Source of the DNA: Eledone cirrhosa
Lineage: Eukaryota
Assembly (NCBI GenBank): GCA_964016885.1
Contig: OZ024743.1
Location: forward strand, 366,110,001-366,174,000
Length of the DNA stretch: 64,000 bases
Direction of reading: 5' to 3'
Part shown: positions 50,532 through 64,000 of the stretch, piece after piece
How positions within the stretch are numbered: position 1 is the stretch's first letter
Layout of the letters: every line of letters begins with the position of its first letter
Position numbers and translations under genes: made by a program
Notes under the pieces: generated by a model
The model's database searches: none
What the model was told of the DNA's origin: nothing
Seen by the model: the letters and a program-made list of their open reading frames with translations, nothing else

Positions 50532-51314
50532 GTGAGAGAGACTCAGCCAGCCTAAAAACAGATTAAAACAAAGCTTACTCAGAATCAAACATCTTCGGTG
50601 TACTTTTACAAAACCAAGGTGCTGTTGTTTCATCATAGTAAAATAGGATAGTCTAGGTGCTAAGTATTTTCTGTTCGTTACACGTTTTTATTTTTTCGTT
50701 TTCTCAAGAGGAGCGAATGGCAAACGATTAACATCGCCAGAAAACATCGACCTAATTTTAGGAGAGAAGCTATCAAATTTCCAATGTAAATGAGCTGGTT
50801 TAGTCCCTTCTTATTGTTGAATGCTTATTTTTATTTATTTATTCATTTTCGTCTCGCTCTTCTGACTGTTGTCTATTGTCGGGTGCTAAAAGTATTAATT
50901 AACAAGCGTTGTGTTAATTAAAAATACATATGTTGTGTAAAAACTTTTGGGGCAGCCTTTTAAACCTAGAAAAGAAGATGAATGAATCGTGTATCTTTTG
51001 TGTATTCATTTGTCTTTCAGTGAATTTGTTGTTGTTTAGCCCTAGGTCAACCGTGATCGAGCGGACCCACTGTAAAAGAAAGGTATTTCAGCGTGGCGTT
51101 AATTAAAAACATGTTGCGTAACCTTCTGGAACAGCTTTAAACAGCGAAACAGCTTTAATGTACTCATTTGTGTTTCAGTGAATACGTTGTTTAGCCATGG
51201 GTCAGCCCTGGTAAACTAAACCTATGAAGAAATATTCCAGCCGTAACCATCCCATTTTCTAGGCGTGTGTTTGTGTGTGTATATGGTGCATCATTATTTA
51301 ATATTTTCGATGGA

Positions 51315-51497
51315 TTGGCAGTATCGGTAGAGGGTCGGACGCCATGCTTTGCAGCATAGAGTTACGGCCCTTTACGATCTGAGCTCAAATCCTGCCGAGA
51401 TTAACTTCGCCTTTCATCCTTATGAGGTCGATAAAATAAAGCACCAGTAATGCACTGTGATAATTGCTGGCCTTGTGCCAAAAGTAGAAACAATTAT
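51315..51497 (+). mobile_element. SINE family A
   Basis: Near-identical to 1997-2165. Confidence 0.85.
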
Positions 51498-52789
51498 TTA
51501 ATGTTTTCATCTTTTAGATTTTACTGTTATGATATGAAGGAATTTTGGTTATTATTTGCAGGTCAAGGGACTCCGTAGAGACTTCCCCTTGGCAGAGGTG
51601 TCCGCTTACCACGTCCAGTATTTGTTTTTCGACAATAACGAGGTGCTGCGTTCACCACGTTCACTTAACTATAATTATATCTTATGAGTTAGTACAACTC
51701 GCCGTTGAATAAGCAAAAACATTGTTTGATTGTTGGCTTTCTTCTGCCAAGTTGACAATCTCCACTGTATCTTCCTTGAGACTATCCATGAATTTAGTAC
51801 TAGTGACTAATATGGATTAGCTACAACACTTGTAAGACTTTGATGAACTGGAGGTTATCGTAGAACACACTTTGGAATTTGCCAAAGTACTGCTCTGAGA
51901 TAGAACCAGGAAGGAACCACGTGACTCCAAAGTAAACATCCTAATCATATAACGTTTACTTTTAAAGCTAAACAACAAACACATCAATACCAATAGCAAT
52001 TACTCGACAACATTTTCCAATGCATTTAATTTCCACACGCAATATATAAACAACCTTGCCCGGACTTGCGCCTCGTAGGTGTAAATCCCATGGTCATTTG
52101 TGACTGAAGGGGGTCTTTACCCATTATAATTGTGTGTGTATGTGTGTGTGTGGTGTGTGTGTGTGTGAAATTATAACTGAAGAACTAATAGACAAAAACA
52201 CCTAATTTTTCTTCGTAGTCCCGACTGCGCAGTTTCGCCGACTGGTGTGCAGTTAAAGTGCTCCTAAGTGGTGAAGTAGTCGGCTTGTCAAGGACAGATT
52301 CCCCGAATTGACCGCTACCAGTTACAATTATCAAAAGGGTGGCTTTATGGTTAACAGAGGGGTAGTAAAGGGTAGACTGTTGGTGAGTAACAGAGTTGCT
52401 AGAAAAAGCAGTCTGTTATACGAGAGTTAGGACAAATTATAGATAATACATATACATATCGATACATAGGTATAAACACATATCCGTGGGGTACATCCTT
52501 TACCAGTTTTGCTCGGTGATATAATATATATAAAACATCAACAAAAACAATGTCATCATCTCAGCGAAACAGAATGATTATTGGAGAGGTTGTGGTGATG
52601 ATGATGATGATGATGTTGATGATTGATGTAATGATGATATAGTAAGAGGAGGGGGAATGGCGACTGACGTTAGCTCCGACAGACACACATGGACAGATGT
52701 ATGAACCCAGTGAGCAGCGTAATTCCAATTGATTTTCGTTAGACAGTATGTATGTGTGTATGGATATATGCATGTATAGGTGTATTTGT

Positions 52790-53355
52790 ATAGATATGCA
52801 CGTGCATACATGTATGGATGTGTGTGTGTGTATGTGTGTGCATATGTGTATCTAGATATGTACGTGTGAGCATGTATGGATGTGTGTGTGTGTGTGTGCA
52901 TATGTGTATCTAGATATGTACGTGTAAGCATGTATGGATGTGTGTGCATATGTGTATCTAGATATGTACGTGTAAGCATGTATGGATGTGTGTGTACATG
53001 TACGTGTAAGCATGTATGGATGTGTGTGTGTGTGTGTGCATATGTGTATCTAGATATGTACGTGTAAGCATGTATGGATGTGTGTGTGTGTGTGTGCATA
53101 TGTGTATCTAGATATGTACGTGTAAGCATGTATGGATGTGTGTGTGTGTGTGTGTGTGTGCATATGTGATCTAGATATGTACGTGTAAGCATGTATGGAT
53201 GTGTGTGTGTGCATATGTGTATCTAGATATGTACGTGTAAGCATGTATGGATGTGTGTGTGTGTGCATATGTGTATCTAGATATGTACGTGTAAGCATGT
53301 ATGGATGTCTGTATGTGTGCATATGTGTATCTAGATATCTACGTGTGAGCATGTA
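52790..53355. repeat. Minisatellite, ~50-65-bp unit GCATATGTGTATCTAGATATGTACGTGTAAGCATGTATGGAT(GT)n, about 10 copies
   Basis: Directly visible; unit length varies with the GT run. Confidence 0.9.
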
Positions 53356-53902
53356 TTACATGAGTGTTCGTATATAAGTATGTGCGTATAAGGATATGTT
53401 TATGCGTGTATATGGATGAGCGTGAGTATGAATGTATTCGTATGTAATTATGTATAAATTGGAAAAGTGCCAGCTGCTGCAGAGAAATCTGAAGAATTAA
53501 GGTATTCATATGTATTTGCTGTTCCCACAGATAAAAAAAAAACCCTTGGTATTGTGAATTGTTTATAATTCTTACTGTCAGATATTTCTTGGTTGATAGA
53601 AGACAAAGGCTATGTGGATATATCATTGTATAGATACATCGTTGTACGTGGATATATCGTTATATGTAGATACATCATTGTATGAACGTGTGTAGATGTA
53701 TTATTTGGTTGGAGACGAAGGGGGGGGGGGGGGGGGGGGGTATCCTCCCCCCTAAAATTGTGACAATTGCAAAATTATCGTTGTCTGTGCATGCGTGTTA
53801 TTATATATATATGTATATGTATGCTTGTGTGTATCGATATATATGTATGCATGTGTGTATATATGGATATGTTTGGATGTCAGTATTGTATGAATGAATC
53901 TC

Positions 53903-53962
<60 letters not shown>

Positions 53963-53965
<3 letters not shown>

Positions 53966-54146
53966 TGTTTCTACTTTTGGCACAAGGCCAGCAATTATCC
54001 AGTGCATTACTGGTACTTTATTTTATCGACCCCGGAAGGATGAAAGGCAAAATTAACCTCGGCGGGATTTGGACTCAGATCATACAGGGAGGTAACTCTA
54101 TGCTTCAAAACATGGCGTCCGACCCTCTACCGATACTGCCAATCCA
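53963..54146 (-). mobile_element. SINE family A
   Basis: Full colinear match to family A. Confidence 0.85.
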
Positions 54147-54425
54147 CGTGTGTGTGTGTGCGTGCATATATATATATATGGATATTAGTGTTGTGTGTAT
54201 GTATATGTATGAAGGTGTCTACATGTAATTATATTTTGTTGTTTACTTCAGTTGTAATCACTTTTGTCTATTTTTTGTATAAAAATGGCAGAGAGAGTTG
54301 GTAGGAAATAGAGGTTGATTTAGGGGCAGAGGGTAATTTGGTGCTGCTGAAAATATTCCGAATAAAAAACAGTTGTTATAAAACAAAAGTTGCAAACCAA
54401 ATAAATTGAAGCTACAGACAGATAG

Positions 54426-57400
54426 TCTGGGAGTATATATAAAGTATGTGTATGTAAGGCAGTATATATAAAGTATGTGTATGTATGGCAGTATATATAA
54501 AGTATGTGTATGTAAGGCAGTATATATAAAGTATGTGTATGTATGGCAGTATATATAAAGTATGTGTATGTATGGCAGTATATATAAAGTATGTGTATGT
54601 ATGGCAGTATATATAAAGTATGTGTATGTATGGCAGTATATATAAAGTATGTATATGTCTGGGAGTATATATAAAGTATGTGTATGTAAGGCAGTATATA
54701 TAAAGTATGTGTATGTAAGGCAGTATATATAAAGTATGTGTATGTATGGCAGTATATATAAAGTATGTGTATGTAAGGCAGTATATATAAAGTATGTGTA
54801 TGTATGGCAGTATATATAAAGTATGTATATGTCTGGGAGTATATATAAAGTATGTGTATGTAAGGCAGTATATATAAAGTATGTGTATGTAAGGCAGTAT
54901 ATATAAAGTATGTGTATGTATGGCAGTATATATAAAGTATGTGTATGTAAGGCAGTATATATAAAGTATGTGTATGTATGGCAGTATATATAAAGTATGT
55001 GTATGTAAGGCAGTATATATAAAGTATGTGTATGTATGGCAGTATATATAAAGTATGTGTATGTAAGGCAGTATATATAAAGTATGTGTATGTATGGCAG
55101 TATATATAAAGTATGTATATGTCTGGGAGTATATATAAAGTATGTGTATGTAAGGCAGTATATATAAAGTATGTGTATGTATGGCAGTATATATAAAGTA
55201 TGTGTATGTAAGGCAGTATATATAAAGTATGTGTATGTATGCCAGTATATATAAAGTATGTGTATGTAAGGCAGTATATATAAAGTATGTGTATGTATGG
55301 CAGTATATATAAAGTATGTATATGTATGGCAGTATATATAAAGTATGTGTATGTAAGGCAGTATATATAAAGTATATGTATGGCAGTATATATAAAGTAT
55401 GTGTATGTAAGGCAGTATATATAAAATATGTATATGTATGGCAGTATATATAAAGTATGTGTATGTATGGCAGTATATATAAAGTATGTGTATGTAAGGC
55501 AGTATATATAAAATATGTATATGTAAGGCAGTATATATAAAATATGTATATGTATGGCAATATATATAAAGTATGTGTATGTAAGGCAGTATATATAAAG
55601 TATGTGTATGTAAGGCAGTATATATAAAGTATGTGTATGTATGGCAGTATATATAAAGTATGTGTATGTAAGGCAGTATATATAAAGTATGTGTATGTAT
55701 GGCAGTATATATAAAGTATGTGTATGTAAGGCAGTATATATAAAGTATGTGTATGTATGGCAGTATATATAAAGTATGTATATGTATGGCAGTATATATA
55801 AAGTATGTGTATGTAAGGCAGTATATATAAAGTATGTGTATGTAAGGCAGTATATATAAAATATGTATATGTAAGGCAGTATATATAAAATATGTATATG
55901 TATGGCAGTATATATAAAGTATGTGTATGTATGGCAGTATATATAAAGTATGTGTATGTATGGCAGTATATATAAAGTATGTGTATGTATGGCAGTATAT
56001 ATAAAGTATGTGTATGTATGGCAGTATATATAAAGTATGTGTATGTATGGCAGTATATATAAAGTATGTGTATGTATGGCAGTATATATAAAGTATGTGT
56101 ATGTAAGGCAGTATATATAAAATATGTATATGTATGGCAGTATATATGAAGTATGTGTATGTAAGGCAGTATATATAAAGTATGTGTATGTATGGCAGTA
56201 TATATAAAGTATGTGTATGTATGGCAGTATATATAAAGTATGTGTATGTATGGCAGTATATATAAAGTATGTGTATGTATGGCAGTATATATAAAGTATG
56301 TGTATGTATGGCAGTATATATAAAGTATGTGTATGTAAGGCAGTATATATAAAGTATGTGTATGTATGGCAGTATATATAAAGTATGTGTATGTATGGCA
56401 GTATATATAAAGTATGTATATGTCTGGGAGTATATATAAAGTATGTGTATGTAAGGCAGTATATATAAAGTATGTGTATGTAAGGCAGTATATATAAAGT
56501 ATGTGTATGTAAGGCAGTATATATAAAGTATGTGTATGTATGGCAGTATATATAAAGTATGTGTATCTATGGCAGTATATATAAAGTATGTGTATGTAAG
56601 GCAGTATATATAAAGTATGTGTATGTATGGCAGTATATATAAAGTATGTGTATGTAAGGCAGTATATATAAAGTATGTGTATGTATGGCAGTATATATAA
56701 AGTATGTATATGTCTGGGAGTATATATAAAGTATGTGTATGTAAGGCAGTATATATAAAGTATGTGTATGTATGGCAGTATATATAAAGTATGTGTATGT
56801 ATGGCAGTATATATAAAGTATGTGTATGTAAGGCAGTATATATAAAGTATGTGTATGTATGGCAGTATATATAAAGTATGTGTATGTAAGGCAGTATATA
56901 TAAAGTATGTGTATGTATGGCAGTATATATAAAGTATGTATATGTATGGCAGTATATATAAAGTATGTGTATGTAAGGCAGTATATATAAAGTATGTGTA
57001 TGTATGGCAGTATATATAAAGTATGTGTATGTAAGGCAGTATATATAAAATATGTATATGTATGGCAGTATATATAAAGTATGTGTATGTATGGCAGTAT
57101 ATATAAAGTATGTGTATGTAAGGCAGTATATATAAAATATGTATATGTAAGGCAGTATATATAAAATATGTATATGTATGGCAGTATATATAAAGTATGT
57201 GTATGTAAGGCAGTATATATAAAGTATGTGTATGTAAGGCAGTATATATAAAGTATGTGTATGTATGGCAGTATATATAAAGTATGTGTATGTAAGGCAG
57301 TATATATAAAGTATGTGTATGTATGGCAGTATATATAAAGTATGTGTATGTAAGGCAGTATATATAAAGTATGTATATGTATGGCAGTATATATAAAGTA

Positions 57401-59100
57401 TGTGTATGTAAGGCAGTATATATAAAATATGTGTATGTAAGGCAGTATATATAAAATATGTATATGTAAGGCAGTATATATAAAATATGTATATGTATGG
57501 CAGTATATATAAAGTATGTGTATGTATGGCAGTATATATAAAGTATGTGTATGTATGGCAGTATATATAAAGTATGTGTATGTATGGCAGTATATATAAA
57601 GTATGTGTATGTATGGCAGTATATATAAAGTATGTGTATGTATGGCAGTATATATAAAGTATGTGTGTGTATGGCAGTATATATAAAGTATGTGTATGTA
57701 TGGCAGTATATATAAAGTATGTGTATGTATGGCAGTATATATAAAGTATGTGTATGTATGGCAGTATATATAAAGTATGTGTATGTAAGGCAGTATATAT
57801 AAAGTATGTGTATGTATGGCAGTATATATAAAATATGTATATGTATGGCAGTATATATAAAATATGTATATGTATGGCAGTATATATAAAGTATGTGTAT
57901 GTATGGCAGTATATATAAAGTATGTGTATGTAAGGCAGTATATATAAAGTATGTGTATGTATGGCAGTATATATAAAGTATGTGTATGTAAGGCAGTATA
58001 TATAAAGTATGTGTATGTAAGGCAGTATATATAAAGTATGTGTATGTAAGGCAGTATATATAAAGTATGTGTATGTAAGGCAGTATATATAAAGTATGTG
58101 TATGTATGGCAGTATATATAAAATATGTATATGTATGGCAGTATATATAAAGTATGTATATGTATGGGAGTATATATAAAGTATGTATGGGAGTATATAT
58201 AAAGTATGTGTATGTATGGCAGTATATATAAAGTATGTGTATGTAAGGCAGTATATATAAAATATGTATATGTATGGGAGTATATATAAAGTATGTGTAT
58301 GTAAGGCAGTATATATAAAGTATGTGTATGTAAGGCAGTATATATAAAGTATGTGTATGTATGGCAGTATATATAAAGTATGTGTATGTAAGGCAGTATA
58401 TATAAAATATGTATATGTATGGCAGTATATATAAAGTATGTATATGTATGGGAGTATATATAAAGTATGTATGGGAGTATATATAAAGTATGTATGGGAG
58501 TATATATAAAGTATGTGTATGTATGGGAGTATATATAAAGTATGTGTATGTATGGCAGTATATATAAAATATGTATATGTATGGGAGTATATATAAAATA
58601 TGTATATGTATGGGAGTATATATAAAGTATGTGTATGTATGGCAGTATATATAAAGTATGTGTATGTATGGCAGTATATATAAAGTATGTATATGTATGG
58701 GAGTATATATAAAGTATGTGTATGTATGGCAGTATATATAAAGTATGTGTATGTATGGCAGTATATATAAAGTATGTATATGTATGGCAGTATATATAAA
58801 GTATCTATATGTATGGCAGTATATATAAAGTATGTGTATGTATGGCAGTATATATAAAGTATGTATATGTATGGCAGTATATATAAAGTATGTGTATGTA
58901 TGGCAGTATATATAAAGTATGTGTATGTATGGCAGTATATATAAAGTATGTGTATGTATGGCAGTATATATAAAGTATGTGTATGTATGGCAGTATATAT
59001 AAAGTATGTGTATGTATGGCAGTATATATAAAGTATGTGTATGTATGGGAGTATTTATAAAGTATGTATATGTATGGGAGTATATATAAAGTATGTGTAT
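54426..59100. repeat. 29-bp satellite GGCAGTATATATAAAGTATGTGTATGTA(T/A), about 160 copies
   Basis: GGC at 54458, 54487, 54516 gives period 29. Confidence 0.97.
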
Positions 59101-59471
59101 GTATATATGTGAGTACGTTTGTGTATATAATGTATGTGTATGTGCTTACATGTGTGTAGCGTATATGTGCGTGCGTACATATATGCATTTAATCTATATG
59201 TCCGTGCATGCGCATGGTTCTGTGTGTGTGTATTTGTGTATGGACGTATTTATGTATGTGCGTGTGGGCGCACGTATGTAAGTATGTATATGTGTGACAG
59301 GCAGATAGATATAAAGCAGATATGCCAAACTGAATAGCTGGAATTATTTGAACAATATTTTATAATTACCGAATGTATTTTAAAATATGTTAAGTTTAAT
59401 TGAGAGGCCAACCGAAAATTCTACAAATTGTCCAAATACCATTTATTATTCACTATTTTAAACAACAGTAA

Positions 59472-59652
59472 TAATTGTTTCTACTTTAGGCACAAGGCCA
59501 GCAAATACCCAGTACATTACTGGTACTTTATTTTATAGACCCCGTAAGGATGAAAGGCAAAGTTAACCTCGGCGGGATTTGAACTCAGACTATAAAGGGA
59601 CGTAACTATGCTAGAAAGCATGGCGTCCAACCCTCTACCGATACTGCCAATA
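59472..59652 (-). mobile_element. SINE family A (further decayed pieces follow to about 59850)
   Basis: Near-identical to 20374-20563. Confidence 0.85.
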
Positions 59653-60419
59653 ATTTCTCGAATTTAGGCCGGGGGCCAGTAATTTGAGAAGTGGGGAAGT
59701 CGATTATATCGACCTCACATTTGACTAGTTTTTTTAGTTTAGCTGCACCTTTGCCCTTTATCCTTTCAAAGTCGATAAAATAAAGTTCCAGTTCAAGGCA
59801 TTGGATTGACGGACATTTTAAACCGTTGGACTGGATGCCTAGCGGTATTTGTTCCAGTTCGTGGTTCTTGGTGAGTAGACATAATCCGTCACCTGGTTTA
59901 ACATTACCACTTAGCTCTTTGGTTAATTTGTTAAATTTGTAATCTGCTGCAAGCACTCGAGTTAAGTCTCTGGTTTGAAGATAATGTCTTCCTTTGCTCC
60001 TTTTGGGGGTCCTGAGAAATATAATGGGTATTAGGCGCTGCCTTCTCTCTGTCACTAAACTTTTGTTTCTGCAACACACTGTAACTTATAGACATCTTGA
60101 GCTGCTGACGAGGAAGTCTCACTGTGATCGCTCGAGAGGCTAGAAACAGTATCCAAATCTTCTTTCCATCAACACTGCCACCATTGTAAAAAGAAAGATT
60201 ATGTATAACATAATACACACTCACACGCATGCACAAAGCAGATAGTTATGGCTAGGACTTTTTTTTATCATAGGTTTGCTCAATTTGGTCTATAAGATTA
60301 CAACAACGACTTGATAAAAATATTACTAAGTATTACATAATATTAAATAAAGCAGCCTTTATACTTGTGGCTTAATGGTCGTAATGCCGGGCGTCGTCAC
60401 TCCTGTCCATTCAGCTGGA

Positions 60420-60605
60420 AAAAATGAGCTGTATCTAACTCAAAAGGTTTGTCACATAATGTGTCACTCTGAATGACCATGAGAATTTTGTTAAGGGTAC
60501 ACATGTCTGTGAAAGGCTCAGATACTTTCTTGTTAATTTCATGAGTAGACTGTTCTATTTCGATGACATAATTAAAACACACTTCGTCGGAACCGATGGA
60601 AGTCC
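60420..60605 (+). mobile_element. Decayed SINE family C fragment
   Basis: GTTAAGGGTACACATGTCTGTG...GTTAATTTCATGAG similar to 3940-4045. Confidence 0.55.
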
Positions 60606-61380
60606 AACACAAATTTGTAGAATGTTAAATACAAATGCCGTCTTATGTGTGAGACACTTACTACATGACTATCAGTCAATATTCTCATGTGACCTAAATA
60701 TATAAACTGGAACACTAATAGTCGAAGCTGACGGAGATCCATCATAATTCTATGGAATGTTAAATGCTGTCTTATGTGTGGGACATTTAGTACGTGACTG
60801 CGCCAGTTAATATTCTCACTTTGACCTGAATATATATTATATATCTGAACAATTCATAAGTTTCCCCGATGACAAATCAAATATTGTAGGCAGATGTTTG
60901 GTTCATATATTTTTTACTTCGATATGTTTTTGAATGGACTTTTCTAACGAATTCGAAACCTAGAGAGACAGACAATAGTTTTCAGAAAGTTAAGATACCG
61001 ACCTTCAGATTTCTATTGAAAAATAACAATATAAAAAAATAAAAACTAAATAACTTATTGAATGCAATGGGTGCCGCCCACTAGTTTATTCACAAAACGT
61101 ATAGTAATAATAACTTGTAAGGTTAAGTATTGAATTAATATTCAACTAGTAGGACCTACAGAAATGCTATGGTTATGCGTGTGTGTATGTGTGTACAAAA
61201 CCGTTCATGAAAGTAAAACATTTTTTCGTCACTTTCTGATTGAAAATAAAACTCTCTCTCTCTCTCTCAATATTCGTCAAGGGTTTCCGGCCTTGTTTTT
61301 TTTTCTATGGACAGTTGTAAAGGAATGAAGAATGGATAGCAATCTGCACTTGCCAGGGGCTAATTTTAGCATTCGCTTTA

Positions 61381-61383
<3 letters not shown>

Positions 61384-61462
<79 letters not shown>
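61384..61462. repeat. (TG)n microsatellite
   Basis: Directly visible. Confidence 0.95.
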
Positions 61463-61465
<3 letters not shown>

Positions 61466-61737
61466 GAGTTGGGAGCGGAAAAAATTCAACTTCCTTTCCT
61501 CTAAGTATATTTAGGCTTCAATGTTTTATCCGAAGAATGTTATAACTAGAAATTTCTTTACCGAAATATTTGTAAGATTCTATGCATGCCTCGACTCGCA
61601 GGAATACCGTTGTGACATACAACATGTCCATACATCTCTGGGTTTGAACATAGTGGTAAGAAATTCTCAGGAGAGCTGGACAGCAGAAGGTCTTCAGAAA
61701 AGAAACCCACCTCAAGCGAGTGTTTCCGCCCTTAACA

Positions 61738-61779
<42 letters not shown>

Positions 61780-61799
61780 AGAAATCGTTAAGAAGAATC

Positions 61800-61955
61800 A
61801 TCTCTAGTATTGGACTAGTAATTATCTACTTTGAAAGGATGAAAGACAAAGTTGACCTCGGCAGAATTTGAACTTAAAGCGCAAAAAAAAGCCGGAATGA
61901 ATAACGCAAGGCAGTCTCTCTAATGTTTTAACAACTCTGCTAATTCGCTGCCTCC
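61800..61955 (-). mobile_element. Decayed SINE family A
   Basis: GAAAGGATGAAAGACAAAGTTGACCTCGGCAGAATTTGAACT...CTCTGCTAATTCGCTGCC. Confidence 0.65.
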
Positions 61956-62697
61956 AAAGATTCTATGACAAGAGTTTAAACAAAGTACCGATATTTTTTT
62001 CAGAGTGTTTGTGTGACAGATAACGCTTGCAGAAGACATGAATATGTATAAGAAGCCATATTAATATGTATTCAGTCACACTGTGGAATTAGACCGTGTG
62101 GGTAGATCACAGAAGAGATTAGGCTGGTGTACTTTTTTAAAAGTTCAATTCTTCCCAGAATCGTCATTAATAAATACCAACCCGATAAATATTATACTTG
62201 CTCTTTGTTTCTCTGCCATGCCCAGCAATTCTTTATACAAAAAATGATCTATATAAATAAACAAGTAAAGCGCACATCCTCTAATATGAATATATCTGTA
62301 TACTATTGTATACATATACACACACACAAATTATGCAGATACGCCTAGGTAGGGTAGGGTAAGGTAGTAGCAGCAGCGGGGACAGGGCTGCCTGTGGTGA
62401 CTTGTGTCGGACGAATGTGTGAATGTTTGTATGCACACACACACATGCCTAAATATGTGTGTGTGTGTCATTAACGTACGTACGCAATAAACCAAATATC
62501 TTAATCTCATCTGTTTTTCTCGCTGTACTATCGATCAGAAATAGGTCGAGGGCGAACTCCTAAATTACTTCTTACTACCGACGATAATAATAATATTAGT
62601 AAAAGTAGTCAAGTCGCTTTTCTTTTGAAGTCGGAAGGTATATGAAGGACATGGATTGGTGGAGAGAACCAAATAGTTGTATTGGTAGGTAGTGTTA

Positions 62698-62830
62698 GCA
62701 TAGCCGAATAGTTAAGGAGTTCGCTTCACAATCCTTAAGGTCCCAGGTTCGATCCCATTGTGTAGTATCTTGGGCAAGTGTCATTTAAAATAGCTTCAGG
62801 GTGACCCCTGCCTTGTGAGTGAAATGCTGT
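62698..62830 (+). mobile_element. tRNA-derived SINE head
   Basis: A-box TAGCCGAATAGTTAAG, B-box GGTTCGATCCC, then TTGGGCAAGTGTC...CCTTGTGAGTGAAAT. Confidence 0.65.
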
Positions 62831-63202
62831 CAGTAGGGTGAACGGTGTGGCCACGTTAGTAGGTAGGGTAGTGTTAGCAATATAGACTGGGGTATCTGTG
62901 CTGACGTGTGTCGGATGAACGGGCAATATGGAAAGAAGAAAGAAAGGTCGGCTTGTATATATTTATTATACAGGGACGTTGTTCTTGTATCATGTCTGTA
63001 AACTTCCCTTAAAAACCAACTAACAGTTGTTGTTGGTTATTACAACTTAAACATAGTTTGACAGGTATTGTTGTTATGGTGTCTATTATTAGTTCTTATT
63101 GATGTTATATCGTTTGTTGTTTGCCGTTGATGTTTATATTGCAACTGGTATTTTGTTTGTTTAATATTTATTATGTACATGGCTACACTCGGGTGCACGT
63201 AC

Positions 63203-63252
<50 letters not shown>

Positions 63253-64000
63253 ATGCGTACTTTGTGTTTACTCTAGACGAAAATGTATTAACGTTTCGCA
63301 CCATGGAGTGCTTTTTGAACGCCTCAAACAATCTGATTGCTATCTGCTCTACTGCGGCTACAACATCGATTTATACTTAATATAAAGAGTCTCTTGTTTT
63401 GCCTTTAAACAAATGCATTTAACCCGTAACCATCCCGCTTAATTCCTGTGCACAGAAAACACGGGATCACTTTATTCAACTTGTCGTTTTTAAGGGTTAG
63501 AGTAGATTTTAGTGAGATTTGGCTGCTTTGTCTAACGGTCGAGGCTTCTTCGTTGACCTGTGAGGTGTCTTTTGTTCGCAGAGTTTTGTTTTAGGGAGAT
63601 TTAGTTGCCTTTTCTAACATGTCAAAACTCCCTCACTGGCTCATAAAGGATTGTATGTGCGCATGGCGTCATGTATTGTGTTTAGGCAAGATTTGCAATC
63701 TTCTTTGCTCGAAAAGAATAGTTAAAAAAAGACAAAAATGAGGAAAAGATTTTTCGGTGGCCGCGAGCTGAAAAAACTTAATGAGAAAATGATGAGTTGT
63801 TTGATGGTTTTACATTGCCCTGATAAAATCCTATCACTCGAGAATGACGAATCAACAGAGTGTGACTGTCATATTCGTTCGGTTCGTATCTCTCTTCATT
63901 GTCTGTAACTGTAAGTTAGATTGAATATGTGTCGCCTGCCTGTTGTCTCTGCATGTCCTTCCCCGCCTTTATATATTTATCTCTCCTCTTATCTCTCGAA

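Noticed and set aside
54412-55560. 382-aa repetitive ORF
   Set aside because: Read-through of the 29-bp satellite.
60100-60160. CTGACGA...GAAA CAG TA resembling a hammerhead
   Set aside because: Stem I cannot pair and stem II does not abut the core.
59860-60200. Coding-like minus-strand stretch in ORFs 59606-60079 and 59931-60236
   Set aside because: No recognisable motif, frames inconsistent, and partly overlapping SINE sequence.

Overview
Eukaryotic, very AT-rich, repeat-dominated DNA. The SINE families, RTE/CR1/Penelope mix and giant (TA)n tracts look like an octopus-type cephalopod genome (inference). No confident host gene is present; the long Y/I/C/V-rich ORFs are microsatellite translations. 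The flanks (1-11.6 kb, 47.4-64 kb) hold decayed tRNA-derived SINEs, an L1/Tx1 fragment, a CR1 fragment, a mariner MITE, a Helitron-like element and two satellites. The centre (about 11.7-47.4 kb) is a (TA)n island, with one 200-N gap, into which young retroelements are inserted. These are a near-complete RTE LINE with a PHD finger inside its RT, three pieces of one CR1-group family, and several Penelope-like (PLE) insertions. By eye I can fold 11 complete type I hammerhead ribozymes from five sequence families, five of them in a 310-bp tandem retrozyme-like array. Five insertions share a tail-outward inverted architecture. One 548-bp unit carries all hammerhead core motifs in a non-standard order and is a speculative new ribozyme topology. 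All folds and alignments were done manually and need computational and experimental confirmation.
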